The notes beneath the pieces were generated by a model. That model had not been told where the DNA came from, searched no databases, and saw only the letters and a program-made list of their open reading frames with translations. This document shows positions 38,464-49,078 of a DNA stretch of 64,000 bases, one piece after another. Both the position numbers and the translations under genes were made by a program. Source of the DNA: Candidatus Dormiibacterota bacterium (lineage in GTDB: Bacteria; Chloroflexota; Dormibacteria; DASZGP01); contig DASZHA010000081.1 of the NCBI GenBank assembly GCA_035938265.1, positions 13,435 through 77,434 of the forward strand, given 5' to 3'. Every line of letters begins with the position of its first letter. The first letter of the stretch is position 1.

Positions 38464-40294
38464 CCTCCCCCAATGTGAAGTAGAAGGCGGCCCCCTGACC
38501 GGGCGTTGACTCGGCCCAGATCCGACCACCATGTCGGTGAATGATCCGCTGCACTATTGCCAGCCCCGCACCGGTGCCCTCGTACTCGTCCGCCCGGTGC
38601 AACCGCTGGAAGACCCCAAAGAGCTTGTCCGCGTACTTCATGTCGAACCCCACCCCGTTGTCCTTGACAAAGTACACGGTCTCGCCATTCTCGTGCCGTG
38701 TCCCGACCTCGATCGTAGCCGGGTTGCGGTCACGAGTGAACTTGGCGGCGTTGCCGATCAGGTTAGCGTACACCTGCTGCAGCAACACCAGGTCGGAGCG
38801 GCTGTTCGGCATCTCGCGCACTTTAAAGTCGATGATGCGGCCGTTGGCGCTCGCCTTGAGGCCGTCGATGACCCGGGCCACGACATCCCCGGTGTCAACC
38901 AGCTGGTGCTTCATCTCCTGTCGTGTGAGACGCGAGAAGGTCAGCAACCCGTCGATCAGCCGGCCCATGTCCTCGGCGTTGGTGCCGATCAGGCCGAGGT
39001 AGCGCTGGCCGTCCTCGTCCAGCTGTTCGCGGCTCTCGTCCATCAGGATGCGGGAGAAGCCGTTGATCGCGCGAAGTGGCGCCCGCAGGTCATGGGAAAC
39101 GGTGTACGAGAACGCCTCCAGCTCCTTATTGCTGGCCTCCAGCTGCTCGGTGCGCTGGGCGACACGCTTTTCCAGGTTCAGGTTGAGCTGACGCAGCTGG
39201 TCCTCGCTGTCGCGCAGCGACTCCACCAGCCGAACCCGCTCCAGCGCGGCGGCGATGGCGGCGCTGTACGCGGTCAGCCGCGCCACCTCGTCGCTGCCGA
39301 AGAGTGGCGTGAAGGGCCCCGAGAGGACGGCCAGGCCGCCGGCTCCGCCACTCCCGTCCCAGGGCAGTAGGATCGCGCTGCGACTGGGCCCGAGGCTTAC
39401 AACCCCGCGTTGCCCGGTGCGCAGCTCGGCCATGAAACGCTCCTGAAGGGACTCGTCGACGCCCTCGGCGATGAGCACGTGCCCGCTCCCGTCGGATACC
39501 AGGCCGCCGTCGGCTCCCACCAGGCGCGTCGCCCATTCCAGCGACTTGCGCGCCAGCGTGGTCCGGTCGGGGGAGAACAGCAACAGCTCGCGCACCGCCT
39601 CGGCGGCGGCGCCCTCCTCGCGTTCCCGCCAGTACCGACGTATCCACTTCGGCGGCGCAAAGGCGATGTAGAGGACGGGGATGATGGCCAGGGTGAAGAG
39701 CTGGATTCCGATCTTGTAGATGTCATTGTTGGCCGCCGGCGCCGCCCCGATCGCCACCACCAGCACGAGGACGATGCCGCCGTACCCGGTGCTGAGCGCG
39801 CGCAGCCGGGCGCGCTGGACCGCGGGACGGCCCCTTGACATCAGCCAGAGCCGGAAGATGGGCTCGACCACGGTCGCGATCCAGACCCCGAACAGGACGA
39901 TGACCGCGGCCAACTGGAGCGGCTTGGGCATGTCGGGGAATAAGACCAGCGGAATGGTGCCGGCGGTGGCCACCAGCACGGCAAGGCCGGCGATGGTCTT
40001 GGTCCGACGCTTGAGCGGGACCAGGCTGTCGCGGAAAAGGAGCAGGGAGTAGCCGGCGCCCATGAAGCCGGCGAGGGTGAACACACTAACGCCGGTCTTG
40101 AGGCCGGCGGGCAGCAGGTTGTCGACCTGGCTGATCAGCGAGACAAGCGCCAGGAGCCCGATGGCCAGCGCCAGGTAACGCCGGCTGGCGCCACGCTTGC
40201 GGATCCAGTCGGCCAGGGTGATAAGGGCCAGCAGGCAGAAGCCGGCCGTGCTTGCATATTGGAGAGTTGCCTGGACGGTACCCATCCCCGCCAC
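38420..40294 (-). CDS. Sensor histidine kinase with an N-terminal multi-pass (about 7 TM) sensor region of unrecognised family
   Basis: 624 aa, with about 230 aa of TM helices and a GAF/PAS-sized linker. H-box FSYTVSHDLRAPLRAINGFSRIL, N-box NLIGNAAKFT, G1 DNGVGFD, G2 GTGAGLAIV. Confidence 0.85.
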   Translation of the reverse strand: MAGMGTVQATLQYASTAGFCLLALITLADWIRKRGASRRYLALAIGLLALVSLISQVDNLLPAGLKTGVSVFTLAGFMGAGYSLLLFRDSLVPLKRRTKTIAGLAVLVATAGTIPLVLFPDMPKPLQLAAVIVLFGVWIATVVEPIFRLWLMSRGRPAVQRARLRALSTGYGGIVLVLVVAIGAAPAANNDIYKIGIQLFTLAIIPVLYIAFAPPKWIRRYWREREEGAAAEAVRELLLFSPDRTTLARKSLEWATRLVGADGGLVSDGSGHVLIAEGVDESLQERFMAELRTGQRGVVSLGPSRSAILLPWDGSGGAGGLAVLSGPFTPLFGSDEVARLTAYSAAIAAALERVRLVESLRDSEDQLRQLNLNLEKRVAQRTEQLEASNKELEAFSYTVSHDLRAPLRAINGFSRILMDESREQLDEDGQRYLGLIGTNAEDMGRLIDGLLTFSRLTRQEMKHQLVDTGDVVARVIDGLKASANGRIIDFKVREMPNSRSDLVLLQQVYANLIGNAAKFTRDRNPATIEVGTRHENGETVYFVKDNGVGFDMKYADKLFGVFQRLHRADEYEGTGAGLAIVQRIIHRHGGRIWAESTPGQGAAFYFTLGEDEPGMETGIAALGA

Positions 40295-40327
40295 TCTAAA
40301 CCGTCGTTTACCGGTTTGAGATCGGTA

Positions 40328-42997
40328 TCAGCGCGGCTTCAATTCGGTGTCAATTTGATCTGGAGGCTCCTCCAGGGCGTATTCGACGGCCTCCTCGCGG
40401 GTCATCCGGGCGCCCTCGTCGAATAGCTCGCGGAAGGTCGCCTCGTCGACCATGCTGGCGATGTCCTGGCGGGTGGTGTAGCTGTCGCTCATCAAATCCT
40501 CGAGGGTAGATCCCGTCGCCTGCTGGAGTGCCGCCGAGGCACCACGAAGCCTTACCGCCCGCTCAGCATCGCCCTGGAGCGCCGCCAGGTCGCTGAAGTC
40601 GCCCAAGAAGATGGTCTGCCCGGCGATGTCGCCAGAGTCCAACAGCAGGTTCGCCCCCTCGACGAACGCGGCGCGGGCCTCGTCGGGACGATTTAGTCGA
40701 AGCGCCGCCAGGCCCACCGTGTGGTTCCCCCAAGCGAGGTCGAAGGCGCTGTCCGCCCGACGGAAGACCTCGTTGGCTTCCACCCCAAGCTCGTAGCCCT
40801 CCTGGTGCCGATTGAGCTGGACCAGGATACTGGCCTTGAGCCAGCGAACCCGCGCCCCGCCCAGATCGTCACCGAGCGCATCGAACTTGGCAATCGCCTC
40901 ATCGGCGACCGGCAGCGAAGGGGAAACGTCCGGGAGGGCGCCCATCGGGAAGACGCTGTTGTAGAGGTTGCGGGCGATGGCGGCGTCGTCCGCAAGCTCG
41001 CGCGCGAGGGCCAGCGCCTTGCCATAGGCCACCGTGCACCTGTCGATGTCACCGGCCCACCAGGCGATACCTCCGGCCGCCTCCCAGCCGAGCATCTGCT
41101 CCGGCCGGTGCTCGGCTGAACCTGGCATCTCCAGGACCTGGTTGACGTTGGCCACGGCCTCGACCACGTGGCCTCGCATCGTCCAGAAGCGCCACAGCGC
41201 CGACATCAGCAGAAGCGCGGAGTCGGCCTCGCCGCGCTCCCTGAAGCAGGTGAGGGCGGTGCGGATGTTGTCGTGCTCGATATCCAGCCGCTCTAGCCAT
41301 TTCAGCGATTCGCCGCCGGTGAGCTCGGGGCCGGCGCGCTGGCCCAGCTCCAGGTATGCGTGGGCGTGGCGTTGACGGACCTCGTCGCCTTCCGGGCTCT
41401 CTCGCAACCGCTCCATGGCGAACTCGCGGATGACGTGGAGCATGAAGAAGCGCGGCTCAGCGCCGCGGTCATCCGGCCGGAGCAGGTTGTGCTCCACCAG
41501 GGTCTCCAGCCCGGAGAAGACGTCGATGTCGAGGCCGGGGCTGCAGACCTGCTCAATGTCACCAATGGTGGCGCCGCCGGCAAACACCGAAAGCCGGGCC
41601 ATAAATGTCTGCACGCCCTCCTCGAGCAGCTGGTAGCTCCACTCGATCGCGCCCCGCAGGGTCTGCTGGCGCGCGGGCAGGTCACGGGCGCCACCACCAA
41701 GGTCGGCAAGGCTGGTCTCCAGGCGCTTGAGCATGACCTCGGGCGTGAACAGTCGGATCCGGGCGGCGGCGAGCTCGATCGCCAGGGGCAGGCCATCGAC
41801 CAGGGTGCAGATCCCCGCGACCGCGGGGGCGTTCTCATTGGTGACCTGGAAGTCGGGCTTGACGCTGACCGCGCGCTCGATGAAGAGCCGCACTGCCTCG
41901 AACTGCGACATCGCCTCCAGGGTGAGCTTGGCGGAGAGGTCGGGCAGAGACAGCGGCGGGATGGGGAACTCCTGCTCGCCGTACACCCTCAGGGGCGCGC
42001 GGCTGCTGGTCACCACCTTGACCGCCGGCGCCGTTTTGAGGATCTCGGCCACCGCCGGGGCCGCCTCCAGGATCTGCTCGAAGTTGTCCAGGACGAGCAG
42101 CATCTCCTTGTCGCGGAGGTGGTCGAGGAGGACATCGAGCGGCTTGCGATTGCCGACGTCTTGGATCTTGAGGGCGTCAAGTATCGCCGACGGCACCAGG
42201 TCGGAATCCGTGACCGGCGCCAGCGCCACAAACCACACGCCGTGCTTGAAACGGTCGGCGGCATCGGCCGCGATCTGCATGCTGAGCCGGGTCTTGCCTG
42301 TCCCGCCGGGGCCGGTGAGCGTCAACAGTCGCGCGCCGTCGAGCAGGCGGGCGCCCTCGGTCAGCTCGGCGTCGCGCCCGACGAAGCTGGTCAGCTGGGT
42401 GGGCAGGTTGTTGGGCGTGTAGTCCAGCGACTTGAGCGGGGGGAACTCCGACGATAGCCCGTCGATGTTGAGCTGCCAGATGTGCTCGGGCTGGGCCAGG
42501 TCCTTGAGGCGGTGCTCCCCCATGTCGGCCAGGGTCACGCCTTCAGGCAGTCCACCTTGGAGCAGCGCCCGGGTGGCATCCGACAGCACCACCTGCCCGC
42601 CGTGACCGGTGGAGGCGATGCGGGCGGCGCGGTGGATCTCGAAGCCCATGTAGTCGCCACCGACAACCGCCGCCTCGCCGCTGTGCACCCCCATGCGCAC
42701 GCGGATGACGGCGTCCTCGGGCCACTGGTGCGCCGTCAGCGCCCGCTGTCCGGCGGCGCAGGCCGCCACGGCGTCGGAGGCCGAAGCGAAGGCGACGAAG
42801 AAGGCGTCGCCCTCGGTGTTGACCTCCGTGCCGTTATGGGCGGCGAAGGCCTGGCGCAGGATCTCGTAGTGGTCCTGGAGGAGCGCGGTCCAACGCTGGA
42901 TGCCGAGCTGCTGCACCAGCTTGGTCGAGCCCTGGATGTCGGTGAAGAGGAACGTGACCGTCCCCGTGGGCAGGTCGGTTGCGGCGCTCAATGGCAT
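40328..42997 (-). CDS. Class III adenylate/guanylate cyclase fused to a STAND (NB-ARC-like) ATPase and TPR-like repeats
   Basis: 889 aa. Cyclase: TVTFLFTDIQGSTKL, NTEGDAFFVAF, RVRMGVHSGE. P-loop: LTLTGPGGTGKTRLSMQIA. The C-terminal half is helical-repeat-rich, with no C-terminal HTH that I can recognise. Confidence 0.85.
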   Translation of the reverse strand: MPLSAATDLPTGTVTFLFTDIQGSTKLVQQLGIQRWTALLQDHYEILRQAFAAHNGTEVNTEGDAFFVAFASASDAVAACAAGQRALTAHQWPEDAVIRVRMGVHSGEAAVVGGDYMGFEIHRAARIASTGHGGQVVLSDATRALLQGGLPEGVTLADMGEHRLKDLAQPEHIWQLNIDGLSSEFPPLKSLDYTPNNLPTQLTSFVGRDAELTEGARLLDGARLLTLTGPGGTGKTRLSMQIAADAADRFKHGVWFVALAPVTDSDLVPSAILDALKIQDVGNRKPLDVLLDHLRDKEMLLVLDNFEQILEAAPAVAEILKTAPAVKVVTSSRAPLRVYGEQEFPIPPLSLPDLSAKLTLEAMSQFEAVRLFIERAVSVKPDFQVTNENAPAVAGICTLVDGLPLAIELAAARIRLFTPEVMLKRLETSLADLGGGARDLPARQQTLRGAIEWSYQLLEEGVQTFMARLSVFAGGATIGDIEQVCSPGLDIDVFSGLETLVEHNLLRPDDRGAEPRFFMLHVIREFAMERLRESPEGDEVRQRHAHAYLELGQRAGPELTGGESLKWLERLDIEHDNIRTALTCFRERGEADSALLLMSALWRFWTMRGHVVEAVANVNQVLEMPGSAEHRPEQMLGWEAAGGIAWWAGDIDRCTVAYGKALALARELADDAAIARNLYNSVFPMGALPDVSPSLPVADEAIAKFDALGDDLGGARVRWLKASILVQLNRHQEGYELGVEANEVFRRADSAFDLAWGNHTVGLAALRLNRPDEARAAFVEGANLLLDSGDIAGQTIFLGDFSDLAALQGDAERAVRLRGASAALQQATGSTLEDLMSDSYTTRQDIASMVDEATFRELFDEGARMTREEAVEYALEEPPDQIDTELKPR

Positions 42998-43051
42998 TTA
43001 GAAGCAGGCTAACGCAAGATCAACCGTCAGGTTGGGCCAGCTCTGTGGGCT

Positions 43052-44230
43052 TTAGCCGCGCTCCTCGAGGGGGACGTAGGTCGCGCTGGGCGGGCCGATG
43101 TACTCCGACTCCGGCCGCATCAGGCGGTTGCCCTCGTACTGCTCGAGGATGTGGGCGGTCCATCCCGCCATCCGGCTGAGCGCGAAGATCGGGGTGAAGA
43201 TGAAGCGGTCGAGGCCCATGACGTGGTAAGTGCTGGCGGAGTAGAAGTCGACGTTGGGGTTCAGGTGCTTGACCTCGAGTACGACCTTCTCGACCTTCTC
43301 CGACATGTCGTACCACTTGGGCTCGCCGGCGCGGATGCCGAGGTCCTTGCTGAACTTCTTGAGCACCGTGGCGCGCGGGTCGTAGACCTTGTAGACGCGG
43401 TGGCCGAAGCCCATCACGCGCTTCTTGTTGGCCAGGGCGTCACGGACCCAGACGTCGGCCTTGTCCACCTCACCGATCTCCTCCAGCATCTCCATCACGG
43501 CGGCGTTGGCGCCGCCATGGAGGGGGCCCTTGAGGGCGCCGATGGCGCCGGTGACCGCGGAGTGCATGTCCGACAACGTGGACGCGATGACGCGGGCGGC
43601 AAAGGTCGAGGCATTGAGGCCGTGGTCGGCGTGGAGGATGAGACAGACGTCGAAGACCTTCTCAGCCAGCGGGTCGGGGTCCTCGCCCGTGTACATGCGG
43701 AGGAAATCGCCGGCAACAGTGCGGGCCGGGTCGGGATCGAGCGGCTCGAGGCCGCGGTGGAGGCGGCCGATGGCGGCGACCAGGGTCGCGGTCTGACCTA
43801 CCAGCCGGTGCGCCTTGCGGATGTTGGCCTCTGTGGACATGTCCTCGACATCGGCGTCGAAGTGGGCCAGGGCGCTGACGCCGGTGCGCAGCAGGTCCAT
43901 TGGGTTGGCCTTGGGATCCAGTCCCACGAGCATGGCCAGCACCTGCGGCGGCAGAGCGCGGTCGCGGCCCAGGGTCTGGCGCAGGTGCTCGAGCTCCTGC
44001 TTGGTGGGCAGCCGGCCGGTGTAGAGCAGGAAGCAGGTCTCCTCGAAGTTCGACTTCTCGGCCAGCTCGGCGATGTCGAAGCCACGGTAGAGCAGCTTGC
44101 CGGTGCGACCATTTACGTCGCTCATCGAGGTCCGGGCGGCGACGATGCCCTCCAGCCCGGGGCTGTACTGCTGGCCGGTTACGCCGGGGACGTCCCCGGT
44201 GGTGGCGGGCGCTTCCCTCACCAAGCTCAC
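43052..44230 (-). CDS. gltA: Citrate synthase (or 2-methylcitrate synthase)
   Basis: 392 aa. Motifs: LILHADHGLNAST, GPLHGGAN, GFGHRVYKVYDPRA. GTG 44230 overlaps the stop of the upstream CBS gene (GTGA). Confidence 0.9.
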   Translation of the reverse strand: MSLVREAPATTGDVPGVTGQQYSPGLEGIVAARTSMSDVNGRTGKLLYRGFDIAELAEKSNFEETCFLLYTGRLPTKQELEHLRQTLGRDRALPPQVLAMLVGLDPKANPMDLLRTGVSALAHFDADVEDMSTEANIRKAHRLVGQTATLVAAIGRLHRGLEPLDPDPARTVAGDFLRMYTGEDPDPLAEKVFDVCLILHADHGLNASTFAARVIASTLSDMHSAVTGAIGALKGPLHGGANAAVMEMLEEIGEVDKADVWVRDALANKKRVMGFGHRVYKVYDPRATVLKKFSKDLGIRAGEPKWYDMSEKVEKVVLEVKHLNPNVDFYSASTYHVMGLDRFIFTPIFALSRMAGWTAHILEQYEGNRLMRPESEYIGPPSATYVPLEERG

Positions 44231-44763
44231 GTCAGGTCAGGGGCCTTGATGGTGAAGGTCTCGCCGCCGCAGTTGTTGCACGAGGAGGGGGCGTAGAAGC
44301 CGCGATAACCCTTGCCACACCAGGAGCAGGTCCAGACATGGGTGGCGAAGAAGCTGATCAGGTCGCTCCGCGAGACCAGTCCCACCAGCTCGTTGTCGCC
44401 CTTGATAACCGGCAGGCGGCGGATGCGCCGGCGCAGCAGCAGCTCGGCCGCTTCGCCCAGGGGGGTGTCCTCGCCGACCGTCCAGGACCCGTTGGTCATG
44501 ATGTCGCCGACGGTGTCACCCGCCTTGCCGATGATGTCGGACTCGCTGACAACGCCGATCAGGTGGTTGGCGTCGTCGACCACGGGCAGCCCCGTGATCC
44601 GGTTCTTGGCCATCAGCTGCACGATGTCCACCACCAGCTGGTCCGCCTTGGCGGTCAGGACGTCGCGCGTCATGATCTCGCCGACCAGGGTTTCCGGCGT
44701 GACCTGGGCCGGGGAATCGTGCAGATGCTCGGCGGGAGCAGCCGCCCCCTGGTTCTTCTCCAT
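44227..44763 (-). CDS. CBS-pair protein with a C-terminal rubredoxin-like Cys4 knuckle domain
   Basis: Track ORF 44227..44877 trimmed to ATG 44763 (MEKNQGAAAPAEHL...). It has two CBS motifs (IMTRDVLTA...ITGLPVVDDANHLIGVVSESDII; IMTNGSWTV...IRRLPVIKGDNELVGLVSRSDLI). The C-terminus is WTCSWCGKGY...CNNCGG, i.e. CxxC-x12-CxxC. Confidence 0.75.
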   Translation of the reverse strand: MEKNQGAAAPAEHLHDSPAQVTPETLVGEIMTRDVLTAKADQLVVDIVQLMAKNRITGLPVVDDANHLIGVVSESDIIGKAGDTVGDIMTNGSWTVGEDTPLGEAAELLLRRRIRRLPVIKGDNELVGLVSRSDLISFFATHVWTCSWCGKGYRGFYAPSSCNNCGGETFTIKAPDLT

Positions 44764-44843
44764 CGCAGGGCGAAGATAGCACTTCCCGAGACCTCGGATC
44801 GGGCCCGGAAGAGTACACCAGGCGACCGGGTTAAGGTTGCTGT

Positions 44844-46019
44844 ATGGCGGATACCGGCACCCGGGACACCGAGGCAATCAAGCACCGCCTGCTCGAGAAC
44901 TGGCGGGAGGAGGTCCAGGCGGCGGCGATCTACCGCCGGCTGGCCGACCGCGAGCCCGACGAGAAGCGCAAGAAGGTGCTGGCCGAGCTCGCCGAAACCG
45001 AGGACCGCCACGCGCAGAAGTGGGCCAAACGGCTTGACGAGATGGGAACCAGGGTGCCCGAGCGGAGCAGCGTCAGGCTGCCCCGCTCGCTCGACCTGAG
45101 CCTGCGCTTTGCCCCGGTGGACGCCGTCATCGCGCGCCAGGAGGCGGAGGAGCGGCGCCTAACCGGGGCCCACTCGGAGATGACGGGCGACGGCGACACC
45201 GACGTGCTCCTGGCCGAGATCAGCGCCGAGGACGCCGAGCATGCCGCCGCCCTCCGCGGCCTGCTTCAGGGCGTCAGCCCCACCAAGCAGCCCCAGCGCA
45301 ACGTGCAAACGGCGCTGGACCGCATCCTCAGCCGTGAGACCTGGCATCGCCAGGGCGGAGGCAGCTGGGTCAGCGGGGCGGTCTACGGCGCCAACGACGG
45401 CCTGGCCGCGGTCTTCGGCATCGTCGCCTTCACGTCGTCCGCCACCAATGGCAGCCACGTGGTGCTCCTCGCCGGGCTCGGTGGCGCCATCGCGTCAGCG
45501 GTCTCGATGGGCTCGGGCGCGTTCCTGGCGACGCGCTCGGAGAATGAGCTCTACCAGGCCCAGATCCACCGGGAGCGCGAGGAGATCGAGGACGACCCCG
45601 AAGAGGAGCGCAAGGAGCTGGAGCTCTTCTACCAGCTCAAGGGGCTGTCCGAAGCCGAGGCCAAGCTTTTGGCCGACCGCGTCGCTCAGAATCCCAAGGC
45701 CCTCCTCGACGCCATGGCCCAGGAAGAGCTCGGCCTGCCCGTCAACCCCACCGGGAACCCCGTCCAGGCAGGCCTGGCCGCCCTGATCTCCACCGCGGTC
45801 GGCGCCATCATCCCGGTCATCCCCTTCTTCTTCCTCACCGGTGAGGCGGCCATCGTCTCCGCCGGCGTGGTCTCGATTGTGGCCCACTTCGCGGTCGGCG
45901 CCGCCAAGGCGCTTTTCACGCTGCGGAAGTGGTGGGCGTCAGGACTGGAGATGACCGTGGCCGGCATCGTGGTTGGGGCGGTCACCTACGTGGTGGGGTT
46001 CTTCTTCCACTTGAGCTGA
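44844..46019 (+). CDS. Erythrin-VIT1: ferritin-like (rubrerythrin-type di-iron) domain fused to a VIT1/CCC1 iron transporter membrane domain
   Basis: 391 aa. The N-terminal roughly 150 aa carry di-iron-type motifs (ENWREEVQAAAIY, ETEDRH, QEAEE, AEDAEH). The C-terminal part has the VIT1 signature VYGANDGLAAVFGIV and several TM helices. Confidence 0.8.
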   Translation: MADTGTRDTEAIKHRLLENWREEVQAAAIYRRLADREPDEKRKKVLAELAETEDRHAQKWAKRLDEMGTRVPERSSVRLPRSLDLSLRFAPVDAVIARQEAEERRLTGAHSEMTGDGDTDVLLAEISAEDAEHAAALRGLLQGVSPTKQPQRNVQTALDRILSRETWHRQGGGSWVSGAVYGANDGLAAVFGIVAFTSSATNGSHVVLLAGLGGAIASAVSMGSGAFLATRSENELYQAQIHREREEIEDDPEEERKELELFYQLKGLSEAEAKLLADRVAQNPKALLDAMAQEELGLPVNPTGNPVQAGLAALISTAVGAIIPVIPFFFLTGEAAIVSAGVVSIVAHFAVGAAKALFTLRKWWASGLEMTVAGIVVGAVTYVVGFFFHLS

Positions 46020-46073
46020 GGGACCGGGGGGCATCGCGGAGTGGCGGCTGCAGGTGGCGCTAGACTCCCCGGC

Positions 46074-48143
<2,070 letters not shown>

Positions 48144-48147
48144 CGTG

Positions 48148-48537
48148 CTAGTTCGGCCGGTTGGCGCGGCTGCGCCGGTCGCCGATGCCCCGGCGCATGG
48201 TCTTGCGGCGGTCGCCGCCGCTGGCCGGCTGGCGCAGGTCGGGCGGATCCTCGAAGAGCTCCGCCTCCGCCTTGCGCAAGAGGGCCAGCGCCACTGGCAT
48301 CGGGTCGCGAACGCCATCCTGGGTGGCGGCAAAATCAACGATGGCGCCCTGGAGGGCGGCTTCGGCAGCCAGCAGCCGGTCGCCCGAGGGTCCGCTGGCG
48401 CCGCGCTCACGGTTGGCCAGGGCCATGGCGCGCTCGGCTTCGACCCAGGTGGTCAGGACCTGGGCGCGGGAAGCCTTGAAGCGTCGCCACATGACGTCGA
48501 GGTTGGTCTTGGCGGGAGATTGTGCGTGGGTGGTCAT
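48148..48537 (-). CDS. Hypothetical helical protein with an Arg-rich C-terminus
   Basis: 129 aa. Third-position G/C bias supports coding on the minus strand; the overlapping plus-strand ORF 48161..48544 is R/S/A-rich junk. No motif recognised. Confidence 0.45.
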   Translation of the reverse strand: MTTHAQSPAKTNLDVMWRRFKASRAQVLTTWVEAERAMALANRERGASGPSGDRLLAAEAALQGAIVDFAATQDGVRDPMPVALALLRKAEAELFEDPPDLRQPASGGDRRKTMRRGIGDRRSRANRPN

Positions 48538-48670
48538 GGCCTAGGCCCCGACACTACATCGGGCCTTCCCAGGCAACAACCTGCGGTGACGTTCTCGTTA
48601 CAGAATGATTACGCCGCGATTCCTTAGAAGCGGATCGGGCGGGGGGCGGTAGATCGGCTAACATCACCCG

Positions 48671-49078
48671 ATGGCCGAGCGGCGCTATCCGCACCCAATG
48701 CCACGGGAAGGGATCACGGGAACCGTCACCGAACTGGTCGATGACGTCCAGCGACTGGTCCAGCTCGAGATCGAGCTGTTGCAGCTGGAGCTCAAGGAGC
48801 TCGCCATCCGCAATGCCATCGCCATCGGCCTCATCGCGACGGCCGCGATGGGGGTTCTGTTTGCCGTGATCTTCCTGCAGGTGGCGCTGGTCGAAGCGGT
48901 GCCGCTGCCGACCTGGCTCAACGCCCTGCTCCTGGCGGCGTTCTGGGTGATCGTGGCGGTGACGCTATTCCTCGTGGGCCGGGCGCGGATCAAGATCGAG
49001 CCGCCAGAGAAGACGATCCAGTCAATCAAGGAAGACCTGGAATGGGTGAAAGCGCAGATCAGACTAATCACGAAATAG
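48671..49078 (+). CDS. Holin-X-type (actinobacterial 'phage holin family') small membrane protein
   Basis: 135 aa. An amphipathic N-terminal helix (VDDVQRLVQLEIELLQLELKE) is followed by two TM helices and then KTIQSIKEDLEWVKAQ, an architecture typical of the family. Confidence 0.6.
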   Translation: MAERRYPHPMPREGITGTVTELVDDVQRLVQLEIELLQLELKELAIRNAIAIGLIATAAMGVLFAVIFLQVALVEAVPLPTWLNALLLAAFWVIVAVTLFLVGRARIKIEPPEKTIQSIKEDLEWVKAQIRLITK

